Of a DNA stretch of 64,000 nt, positions 45,003 to 55,705 are shown piece by piece. The stretch is from assembly GCF_009914755.1 (NCBI RefSeq), contig NC_060928.1; one strand, given 5' to 3'. The notes under the pieces were generated by a model, which was given only the letters and a program-made list of their open reading frames with translations, was not told the origin of the DNA and made no database searches. Source of the stretch: the human T2T-CHM13v2.0 reference genome, Homo sapiens. A program made the translations under genes and the position numbers. The stretch's first letter is position 1, and the number at the start of each line of letters is the position of its first letter.

Positions 45003-45968
45003 TGAGAAGAGCAAAGATCACCTGGTAACCATCAAGCAGTCCATCCAGAGACAAAACTCCTTATCTAAGGAATTCAGAAGTAATTAGAGTTCTCTATTAT
45101 GTAAAGCCAGCATCTGGTTCCAGGTTTCCTTCCAAAAAATTTATAAGTAACTAGAATTTCTATACATCTCCGGAATGCATGCATATAGAACCTCATTGTG
45201 CAACCCTTGCTGACATCAAGGCACCAAATGTCTACAAATGTAATCATTTTATTTTTTTTATTATACTTTAAGTTCTAGGGTACATGTGCACAACGTGCAG
45301 GTTTGTTACATATGTATACATGTGCCATGTTGGTGTGTTGCACCCATTAACTCATCATTTACATTAGGTATATCTCCTAATGCTATCCCTCCCCCACCGC
45401 CCAACCCCACAACAGGCCCTGGTGTGTGGTGTTCCCCACCCTATGTCCAAGTGTTCTCATTGTTCAATTCCCACCTATGAGTGAGAACATGTGGTGTTTG
45501 GTTTTCTGTCCTTGAGATAGTTTTCTCAGAATGATGGTTTCCAGCTTCATCCATGTCCCTACAAAGGACAAGATCTCATCCTTTTTTATGGCTGCATAGT
45601 ATTCCATGGTGTGTATGTGCCACATTTTCTTAATCCAGTCTATCATTGATGGATATTTGGGTTGGTTCCAAGTCTTTGCTATTGTGAATAGTGCTGCAAT
45701 ATTTGTCAGGACCTACATGGCTAATATGGACCAAATTACCCTTCAGCTCCTGCTTTAAGGTCCATGAATACCCCGAAGGAAAAATCCACTGTGGTGTGCT
45801 CAGCCCTCTCTTGCTGAGGCGCCCCACTGCACTCTTCTGCTGCTTATGCAGAGTACTTTCTATCTAATAAAACTTTTCTTTCAAACTTATACTGTTGTCA
45901 GTAAATTATTCTTACTCCCCACAAGTCTACTACTTTCTGATGCCAGGGCTCTGACACCTCACCTGGCC
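45003..45968 (+). mobile_element. ERV1-class solo LTR (LTR15-like, tentative) containing an L1PA insertion
   Basis: Starts TGAGAAGAGCAAAGATCACCTGG, with AATAAA at about 45866. TSD CTTAC at 44998-45002 / 45969-45973 duplicates the host L2 motif. Confidence 0.75.
45249..45700 (-). mobile_element. 5'-truncated L1PA (PA3-PA5-like) 3' end
   Basis: TTATTATACTTTAAGTTCTAGGGTACATGTGCACAACGTGCAGGTTTGTTACATATGTATAC. ORF 45464..45646(-) is the ORF2 C-terminus (WIKKMWHIHTMEYYAAIKKDE). Confidence 0.95.
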
Positions 45969-47788
45969 CTTACATTGTGGTGGGAGAAGACAATAAACAT
46001 GTTAATGGTGGGTAACATGCAGCAGGGGTGTGCTGGGGACCAGCAGGAGGAGGCTGCCACTAGTTCAGGGAAGAGTAGCCTGGGAGTGCCTTCCTGATAA
46101 GATCACATTAGTAAAGAGAACTGAAGAGGCAGCCAGCTCTGTGGATTTCTGGGAGGAAGAACATTCCATGCATCTTCCTGATAAATGAAGCGGAAAACAT
46201 CTTTCCTCATCCACTATTCTTTGGGTCATTTGGAGTTACATTTCTGATGTGGGTTTCATCAGTGCATGGCTACAGAATGGTCCAGATGAATATTTGCTGT
46301 AGATAGTGGGGAACAGAAAAGAGAAAAAGGGGGAAACAAGCATTTGTATGCCTCCTGACAATCCCTCCAAAAAACCTCCAATCTTTGCATTTTCAATAGT
46401 GTGTAAGTGGAATCTGCCCATAAAAAGCCATTTATAACAGAGATTCCAGACAGAAATGGTTAAGAAACAAAACATTTCCTGATAATCCTTCTTACCTAAT
46501 ATATGTACTCATATCTGTCTGCCTAGAAAACACATGAACAAACCAAACATTTAATACAGAATTATTTCTAAAATATTTTTAAAATCTCTATTATGAAATA
46601 TATGTTCACAAATTGAATATGAAAATGCCTAACATGCCAATGCATAAGCTTAAATTCTCTGACAAACGACACTTACTTTTAGTGAAAATCTTTTTCTAAA
46701 TACCACTATATATTATGGAATGGGCGAAGTAAAAAAGTGAAGACTACTTATAGAAAGCAATTTATAACCACAAATGTGAAATGGTAAAATAAATTTAATT
46801 TTCCTCTTTTATTATAGAAAACTGAGACCTAGATCTAACCATGGTCATTAATATTTTGGCTTCAATATACAAAGCACATTTATCCTACCATACATTAAAC
46901 AGCCTAGCAATGAATACCTCAAAGTTTAAAACAAGAGTAAAGGTCATATTATACCTGTAGACAAGGTTTCTATTTAATAGAACGATTGTAAATTGCAACT
47001 TAGTAGAAGAATTACACAGCACAACGCTGCCTTGTTTCTCTGGGTTTTATATTACCACCAAAACCCTCAAGAACTAAGATAATCTGCATAGGATTTGAAT
47101 TTCAATTTAAATTTAGCATCTGACAAATTACATTATCAAATACACAACACTAACATCACTTCAATCTCTCAGCAACAAGTAAAATGCTCCTTACAGTATA
47201 TAAAAGATGAAATATTTCTTCTAGGGATAAACTGAAGACTTTCAGGGCTATCAAAATATTAAATTCTTTATATGCTATGCTTAATGTCCAGAAATGCAAC
47301 AATAATGGTTAAGCAACAATAACGGTTAACTTTTCAAAAGTTGAGACTGGTTTTCTAAACAAATTAACCTCATATCAGAGGCACAATCACTGTTTTCTGA
47401 AAACTGGAAGAATGAGCTATAAATAAGAAGCTCCAGGTTCTTTCTGGACCTTTCCAGATTTCATGGTTATAAAATTACTTCCTTTTTGAGAAGCCAGGAG
47501 ATTTTTAAGACACAGCCACTAGGAGAGATGATGATTGAATTCTTATTAAAGATTAGAAGACAGAAGGTAAGTTTCCTTCCCAATCCTCTAGATATGTACT
47601 TCTATGACCTAAAATGTATAAACAAGTCATACAGTTTCTTGCCCGGGTCATCTTAAGCTACACTGCCAAGAATGTTATTTAACACTTTGATGAATTATGG
47701 CTTTTAATAACAGAGTCTAGAATTCCTGGCTATTGGAATTTCTGCTAGTAGACAGGTGAAGAGTTACAGTTTAGTGCAAAATAAATAC

Positions 47789-47815
47789 ATACACACACAC
47801 ACACACACACACACA
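47789..47815 (+). repeat. (CA)n microsatellite
   Basis: About 12 AC units. Confidence 0.9.
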
Positions 47816-48279
47816 TGCATACTAAGTGAGAAGGTGAGATTATTTTGGCATGGAAGATCAAGACCAAGCATAAATGATAGCCAGACTGCATGTATCTTGT
47901 GAGAAAAATGAAGTGGGAACTGAGGCTCTTAAAAAACATGTTTCTTAAATATCTAAGTGATAGAGAATCACATACTCTCAATGCTTGGGAAGGCCCTTAA
48001 AGCTGTCACCCACTGGAAGTCCATCCTTAAATCCTGGGATCAGCAATTCCACAATGTTCCCACTCAGTTTCAACCTGAATGCCAGAGAAAGCTTACCCTT
48101 TCAAGAAAACCTCTTCCATTTCTAAACACTTCTATTCTTATGAATTTGTTTTTCCTGTGCTGAACCAAGTCTGTTTCCGTAACATCTCCTCACTACCCCA
48201 AGTTTGGCTACATAAAGATGGAGTCCCATGCACTGTGACCTTGGGGTTGAGGTAGGAATTATAAATGAACACGGCAGGC

Positions 48280-48465
48280 CAAGAGCCAGATGGTAAAAAG
48301 TGATGGAGACTTGGACCAACTGGAGGGCACATGGGAACAGTCAGCCACTGCTCAGCTCCAGGTACTCTTTCCACTGGGAAATGCAGGCCCCAGTTACTGG
48401 GTTTTCTGATCAAGAAGCCAGAAATTGGGAATTTTACTAGAAGTATTCTAAGTTTTAAATACATA
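48280..48465 (+). mobile_element. MER102 relic
   Basis: CAGCCACTGCTCAGCTCCAG...GGGAAATGCAGGCCCCAG...AGAAGCCAGAAATTGGGAATTTTA. Confidence 0.65.
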
Positions 48466-48821
48466 AAGAATAAATTTTAGAGCTGAAATACCTCTTAGAG
48501 ATCAACTAAACCAAACCTTGTACTTTATAAATAAGAAAACTGAGGGTGAGAAGAGAAAAAGTGACTGACTCAAAGTCAAATGGTGAATCAGAGGGAGGTC
48601 TGGAAGAGAAAAGGCCCAAACATAAGGTCCCATTCTCCCATTACGTAATAGAGATGCATTCATGCAAGTCAACGATGCATCTGTTAACATACTCTGAAAC
48701 AGGAAATCAGCCTTAGATCGCTTCCTATATCTATGATTAAGTAATCACTGCTCACATCTAGCCTTCAGAATACCCTTTCAAGCTGAAAGGGTATACAGAG
48801 CTGTAGCTCTAAGCACAGACC

Positions 48822-49035
48822 AGCAGACAGACCACCTGGGTTGCAAGCCGAGATCTACCACTTACTGTCTGTGTGACCAAGTTAGACAGTTTGCCTCAGT
48901 TTCCTCGTCTATCAAACGGAGACAGTAAGGGTACCTATTTCACAGTGTTGTTGTAAGAATTAAATTTATATACATATAAAGTGCTTAGAACATGCCTGGC
49001 ACAGAGTAAGCACTATTTGGTCAATGTTATTATTA
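48822..49035 (+). mobile_element. MIR SINE
   Basis: CACTTACTGTCTGTGTGACC...GCCTCAGTTTCCTCGTCTATCAAACGG...AAAGTGCTTAGAACATGCCTGGCACAGAGTAAGCACT. Confidence 0.85.
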
Positions 49036-50581
49036 CCCAGCATGCTAAAAAAATAAAAGAGAGAGCTAATCTTATCACTTAAAGGAAAATGTAAAGCAAA
49101 AGTACACATAAATATTCTAGAAAAATGAGTCCTGAAGAAAAAAGAAAACTTTATTAAATTAAAGCAGCTAGGTCCTTTACAGAGTTTAAGGCATAGGTAG
49201 ACTTCAGCAATCAAAGTAACGGCCATAAAGGTAGCATGAATCCATACATTGAACTCTGAGCACCCACCTATGGAGGAAGAGCCTCAGTAGATCTACTACA
49301 TTTTGCCTCCAACCTTGGAGAAGTCTAGAATACACAGATATACTCCATCCTAGGCTCCTCCTTTCCAAGGGCCTAGCATGTTCTCCAGAGTTACTGCAAC
49401 CATTTCTTCCCTTCCTCCATCTCCAAGTTGCCCTTAGGGACCTAGCCTCACAAAAGTTCTTCCTAGACAGCTAGATGTTTCATTTCCTGTTGATTATGTA
49501 CTAGCAATAGACAAACAGAAAGATATCAAACACACTCTTTAAAAAAGAAAAAAATAAAACATACCATTTCCTCAACATCACAACTCAGTCACAAACAGCC
49601 TGCATACACAGACTACCACGTTTATCATACATGCCCTTGCTACGATGAGATTTCAATTTAAGCCAAAAGAAAGTACAAACTCAATAGGAGAATCTTAAAT
49701 GTTCATCAATCAAAGGGAACTGGAACACCCTGTTTCAATTAGCTGAGCCACAAACAAATTGGCACCACTGCTCTGGCCTCTTCAGTATGAAAGGGTAAAT
49801 AAGGAGTTCTTTCCCAAGGCTGCCAGGAACTCAGTGAGCCTCAGAGGTATGATGATCCAGTGTGTAGCTCCTGCATGTCGTTGTGTGTCACTGGGTCCAA
49901 TGCTTAGAAGGGCTAACATTTTTTGACTGCTTTGTGCCAGCTACAGATTTAAACACTGTACATGCATTAATCCATCTAATTCACATAACAAGCAATCGAG
50001 GTATGGTGTTATCCTCCACTTCACAAAGGAGGAAACCCAAGACCTGGGAGGTTAACTTGCACAAAGATACACAGTGAGAAAGTAGTGCCACCAGGACACA
50101 AATCCAAGTGGTTGGCTCTAGAGGCTACACTCCTATTTAATTAGTGCCCTAAACTGCCTCTAGAAATTTCTGATATCATCATTTTCCTTAGGGTACACCG
50201 AAAGAAGCTTCACAGGCAGGCATCAGACCAGCTTTGAGGAGGTAATTTGAGTCTCACTGCCTTTGCCTATAACTGAAAGTTCACTTCTGGGGCTTTTACT
50301 ACTTGGAAGATGCATTTCTCTATAGCTTTTTGCTATGGCCTTCTTGGTGCTCTTGCACTAAAGATACAGCCTTATGTCCCTTAATAGGGGACATATAAAT
50401 CTCTGGTCCATAGACTTAAAAAAAAAGTGAGAGAAGCAGATTCTCTCTATTAATCACTCTCTCTTCCCTAGCATAAAAGTGTATGAGTTGAAAGTCTGGA
50501 AAAGAATAAATAATGGTGGGTGTAAGGTGAAAGGGAATAAAATGAATAGCAGAAAAAAACAAGACTATGTTAAAAAGTAAC

Positions 50582-51335
50582 AGTTAGTCATCAGGGAAAT
50601 GAAAATTTAAAACAAAATGAAGATGCCACTTCACATCCACTTGAATGGGCAAAATAAAAAAGATAGTAACAAATGTTGATGAGGCTGTGGAGAAATTGGA
50701 ACCCTCAAACACTGCTGGTGAGAATGCAAAATGATGCAGTTGTTTTGGAAAACAGTCTAGAAGGTCCTCAAAAGATTAAATCATAGAGTTGCCATATGAC
50801 TCAGAAGTTCCACTCCTAGGTATATAATCAAGAGAAATGTCCATACAAAAACTTGTACATGAATGTTCATAGCACTATTTTTCATAACAATTAAAAGGTA
50901 GAAACAACGTAATTTTCCATCAGTTGATGAATAAATACACAAAATGTGATATATCCATACAACGAAATATTATTTGGCAATAAAAAGGGTTTAAGTACTG
51001 ACGCATGCTACAACCTTGATGAACCTTAGAAAGATTATGCTAAATCAAAGAGGCCAATCACAGAAGTCCACATATTATATGATTCCATTTATATGAAAGG
51101 TACAAAAGAGGCATTTAAATACATGAAGACAGAATGTAGATTAGCCTAGGGCTGGGAGTTGGGGAATAATGGGGAGTGACTAGGAGTTGGGGAATATTGG
51201 GGAAGTACAAGAGTTTCTTATTAGAACTAGATAGTGATGATGGCTGCACAACTCAGTCAATACACTAAAAGCCATTGAAATGTATACTTTAAATGAGTGA
51301 ACTGCAGAGTATGTTTATATTTCAGTAAAGCTGTT
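50582..51335 (+). mobile_element. L1MB-like 3' end
   Basis: TTAGTCATCAGGGAAATG...GTGGAGAAATTGGAACCCTC...CCACTCCTAGGTATATA...ATATGATTCCATTTATATGAAA...CCATTGAAATGTATACTTTAAATG. Confidence 0.85.
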
Positions 51336-53759
51336 ATACTGGGGAGGAAAGTGACTTGTTATAAAGCAAAACTACTGGTCTATCCCAGGAGAAGTGGTGT
51401 CTTTTTGAATGAGAAGTTATAGTTACATAAGTGGCAGAAAATCAAAATTATTTAAGCAGGAAAAGAAAAAAACAGAAAACGTATATGAAAAGGACAAAAC
51501 AATTTCTATTTAATTGAATTTCAAGATACACAAATGCATAGATGTTAAACGACAGGTTGCATAACACTAAATACAGACCTTCTCACCTGAAATCTATCAG
51601 TTCCAAAAATAAAGCATCTAAGGAAAGGTGATAGATATATCATCAGCTTTTGCAGTTTTTAAAACTTTTTAAAAACTGAATTTAAAAGTTCACAAATATG
51701 CAGATTTTCTGGTATGGTATCCCAAGTTCACAAAATAAAAATATTTGATTAGCATCTAAAATGTGCAGTTTCTCAAACTGAATTCAGAAATCTGACCTCA
51801 AATTTAACTAGGAAAAGTAAAGCTTTCAAGATCTGGACTACATGGAAGACACTGACAGCCAGACAAGAGCTGGCAGTGTTTGAGATTTAGGCAGAAGAAT
51901 TTCAGAGTATAGTCAAGGGTTTACCATGCTACCCTGTCATGTATCTGCTCATAATGACACTCTAGCAGAAATCAATGCTAGCCTCTGACTGAAGTGAACA
52001 GAGTCTCCTAATGTGGCAAAATGTCAGAAGATAATATGGAGTTTCCTGGCCATTGGCAGATACAGCATGAATACATTTTTGGAAACAGAACAATTAGATA
52101 ATAGACAATTTCCAATTTTTTTTTTCCTTTAACGTTCAAACTACAGTATTACTAAACTTCCACTCCCACTATCTTAATCAAGCATCATTTGTGTGGGAAA
52201 TCTGCTTAGTGTTTTCTTTAAAAATAAGCAAGCCATTAATTGATCCAATGTGTTGGCAGTTCTAGAGAACCTTTTTAGACAGGAACAAATGATGCCTCTT
52301 ACTTTATGTTCAAAGAAGTTGAGTTCAAGATTTCATGCATATGCACAGAGAAACAAAGAATCTCACAAAGTCAGCTAACAATCTTCTTGGAGTTTAAAGA
52401 ACAACAAAAACAAAAAAGCTTCCTTCACCCCTCCTCCACTGAGGTTTTAAATATTAAGTAACATGTTTATCTAAAGATGCTTTACATGACTTACAGTGCT
52501 TTCCATAGTCCTTAACATCCTTGAATATCAAAGTTTCAGTAGTGCTCTTAAGACTCAAGGTGAGAGCACAATCTTTTCCCTTAGAAAACTGTCGAGCTCA
52601 AGAAAATATATCGAATATTCTGAAAGTGCTGTATTGTAACTTTTCTAAGTAATTGCCTCTCCTCCTCTTCATTAATTAACACACTACATTTTTCTGGCCT
52701 GTGTTTTAGAAGTCTGGAACATTTCCCCTCCCCACCTGTTTGTGTTAAGGTTGACAAATTTCCCTGACTAAAACAGCTGGTGTTGATTACTGGAGGCAAA
52801 CCAATTGAATATTTCACTAATAGGTGACATGAGCTCTCGGAATGGAAACTTGTCCCCAAAGAGAACACCCCTACAAATGTAGCCAGAGCTTGGTGTTCCA
52901 TTTCAGCAGCGTAACTATTTATTCAAATTTGGTTTTTAAAGAAAATAATGCTTTTGATTAGGAGACTCCACTCAGAAAATGCATCTGTCATTTTCTCCCC
53001 TCCTTCCGGGCACTGGATGCCACAGTCTCGGCCCAGAAACCCCTTTGGGGAAGGAGGGCCCACTTCTCAGGCACACAAATACAAGCAGCAAGCTCTGACA
53101 TAAGGAGGCTAGCTTGCTAAAACTAGTGGCTTATGGACTTATGTTAACAAGCCTGGGGATGGCTTTTTTGGGGGGAGGGTGTTCCTACCACCAGGGAAAC
53201 ATTGCTTATGTCAGGCATATGCGGTATTGAGTTTTGGGACAGTAATGCATTTCTAGTCCTGGTACCTGCGATCATTAACAAAAGCTTATTCTCTCTAGTC
53301 TGAAATCCCTTCATTCTAGCCAGAAAGAAAACCTTCAGCATATTTAACCTCCCAATCAGGCAAAGGATAATGCAATAATTAGAAAAGTAGTTATAACTTT
53401 AGGGCCATCACACTCTTCTTGGCTTGTTGAGGATTGTTATTATTTACCATCGTGGCCACCTGTCAGTTTCTCTGGATGACAGCCTGGCAGAGCATAGTAC
53501 TTTTAATATGATTAATGAAGTGCGTAAACCCAAAAGGGGAAACTCTCCCAAGTGCAAGTTCGCGGTGGTGAGCTGCCAGCAGGTAACCCTACCCCTCTCC
53601 TGATATAGCGCCTGCATCAGGGTATACCTGATGCACAGACCCAAGGGCAGTGCTGTGGTATCAGATCTACTGGTTCCAAACAGGTGCTGGGCCGGTCACT
53701 AACCAAGAACAGTATCTGAGCCCTACCCTCCAAACCCCACCTTCCAGGTCCCCCTCGGA

Positions 53760-55160
53760 AAAGTTAGCCCGCCACGTTGAACCCCTGTCCAAGCGGCGCT
53801 ATGCCAAGCTCTCCGGCAGCCTCTCCCCTACCCAATACAGTTAATCTTCTCCTCTTTGTAAACCCCCCAAGTGACGCGGAGCAAAACTTAATCGGTCCAG
53901 GGAACCCAGACACGTCTTCCGCGCCGCACGGACTTCCCAGAAGGAGCCTGGAGGCAGGCGCTGGATCCCTCTAGGCACCTCCGTCCCCGCCGGCTCCCCT
54001 CCCCCGCGCCCGCTGGGCCACTCACCCGCGTGGGGCATGGTGATGGTCTCGTTGGTGTTGGAGCCCACGTTGAAGATGACCACGGCTGAGGCGTTCTGCA
54101 GGAACGCGTTCCGGATCTTATCCCTGTACGTGCAGTTGCCCTTGGGGATGAGGGCTATCCAGTTCTTGCCGCGGGTCGGGGCGGCGAACTTGGTGTTGGG
54201 GTCGCAGGCCAGGCGGTCGTGGGCCGAGCTGGCCATGACCACCTCCCCGCGGGCGTCCTGCTTGGGCGAGTGCTCTCCGTAGCGCCCGCACTCCGTCTTC
54301 TCCGTGTGCAGCTCCGCGCCGCCGCCGCCCGCCGCCCCGGCCCCGGGGTCCGGCGCGGGCTCGGCGTAGGTGATGTTCACGAAGGCGGTGTACCATTCCT
54401 CCTTCTCGGCCACGGTAAAGTCCAGGCAGAGCAGATGCACGAAACAAAAGGAAAGCAGCCATGTTGAGAGAGCCAGACTGCAGCACGCTTGGATGAGAGA
54501 CATTGCCATCTTTATCCGCCGGGGCCCCCTCCCCGCCCCCGCGCCCTCCCTCCGTCCCGTCCCTCCTCCCCAGCCCCGGCCAACCCCGGGCCGCTGCCTC
54601 TCCTCCTGCTGCTGCTCACTCCCGGGCCGGAGGGGCCGCGGCCGGGACGCGCAGCCGCCGCGGGGACCGGATTCCGGGCGAGCGGATGGCGCTGGCCCCT
54701 TCCCCTCTCAGCTGTAGCGCGGTGGTTGCATTTTGCTTCTTGGGCGCCCGGGGGGCGCGGGAACAGAGGGCCCGCGGGGCTTGCGGAGGAGTCCTGCTGC
54801 CGAGCGTCCTGCTCCTTCGCCCGGCTTCGCCTTCTCTCATAAGGGTGGCCGGGGGCCCACGAACTTGCAGGGTGGCGGCCCTGCGCCCTCCAGCCCCGGC
54901 GGGGACGGGCACGATTGCTCGTAGTCTGGGGTGCTGCGGTGCGGGGTGCTGCCCAGGGTGTCCCGGCCGCCGCCACTGAGCGCTGGGGCGCGCGAATCCA
55001 GCTGCAGCCGCTGCTGCCCTGCGCCGGTTCCCTCAGGCTGCGGGCGCTGCGCTCCTGATCTCGCCGGTGGCTGCGCCTGGGCACGCACTTGCCGCGGGCG
55101 GGGCGGGCTTGGGGACAGTGGGAGCGAGCAGGCAGAGCGGAGTAAGCGGTCCGTGTGTGT
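53760..55160. promoter_or_regulatory. RNF150: CpG island / RNF150 promoter and GC-rich 5' UTR
   Basis: Abrupt rise in GC and CpG content spanning exon 1, with tandem GC boxes GGGCGGGGCGGG at 55096-55107. The exact TSS cannot be determined from sequence. Confidence 0.88.
54026..54509 (-). CDS. RNF150: RNF150 coding exon 1 (signal peptide and N-terminal part of the luminal PA domain), 484 nt, phase-1 donor
   Basis: Translation MAMSLIQACCSLALSTWLLSFCFVHLLCLDFTVAEKEEWYTAFVNITY...GRYGEHSPKQDARG...NWIALIPKGNCTYRDKIRNAFLQNASAVVIFNVGSNTNETITMPHAG is recognised as the RNF150 N-terminus. It has a hydrophobic signal peptide, PA-domain motifs and N-glycosylation sequons NIT/NCT/NAS/NET. Kozak context is AAG ATG G. 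The exon ends at GCG G|GTGAGT; ORF-track residues after MPHAG are intron read-through. Confidence 0.96.
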
Positions 55161-55196
55161 GTGTCTGTATGTTTGTGTGTGTGTGTGTGTGTGTGT
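55153..55196 (+). repeat. interrupted (TG)n microsatellite at the promoter edge
   Basis: gtgtgtgtgtgtctgtatgtttgtgtgtgtgtgtgtgtgtgtgt. Confidence 0.95.
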
Positions 55197-55548
55197 ATAA
55201 TGTGTGCGTGCAAGGAGGAGCTTAGTGTGATGTCAAAGCCCCTGGGATTCTCTTGCCATGTTCCCTTGGTCTCTCTTTATGGGCAGCAGCGACCCCTGTC
55301 GGGTCTCAAATTCAACCTCAATCGGCGACTTAATCTAGGTGGAGGTAAAGAGGAAGCGACCCCTCGACCTTTGAGTACGGGAATAACTTCCTGAGCGTTA
55401 CATTTAGCAAATGTATGTGCCTCTCGTAAACGACCCTCCCGTTTGCTGGAAGTACTGCCGTGAGCTCCCTGATTACCTGTCCTAAGGCCAAAGTGTAAGG
55501 TGGTTTGGTATTGAGGTCCTTCCAAAGCTACCTCTGGAATACCTAGGG

Positions 55549-55705
55549 CAGTGGCTATCAAATCTTTAGTTTTAAAACTCAGACCGATGGGTCCTGCCAC
55601 AAAGTTTCTGGTTCAGTAGATCTGTGGTAGGGCCCCAAAAATATGCATTTCTAACAAGTTCCCAGGTGGTGCTGATGCTGCTGGTCTAACAACCATTCTG
55701 TTAAG
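55549..55705 (+). mobile_element. MER5A
   Basis: GTTTCTGGTTCAGTAGATCTG...TGCATTTCTAACAAGTTCCCAGGTGGTGCTGATGCTGCTGGTC. Confidence 0.85.

Larger units (their letters stand above)
44885..46170 (-). mobile_element. L2 fragment interrupted by an ERV LTR
   Basis: TACTGAGCACTTTCTGCGTGCCAGG...GTGGAGCTTAC, resuming after the LTR as ATTGTGGTGGGAGAAGACAATAAAC. Confidence 0.65.

Noticed and set aside
51153-51205. Duplicated GGAGTTGGGGAATA.TGGGGA G-rich motif
   Set aside because: A local duplication within the G-rich tract of an L1MB 3' UTR; G4-capable but generic.
53841-54025. C-terminal ~60 aa of the 222-aa ORF (EWPSGRGGGEP...)
   Set aside because: Read-through past the GTGAGT splice donor into intron 1; not RNF150 protein.
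54037-55394. Many overlapping 60-233 aa ORFs on both strands in the CpG island
   Set aside because: Expected from stop-codon scarcity in GC-rich DNA. Many start at non-ATG codons, are low complexity and show no recognisable family. Only the two AUG uORFs were retained.
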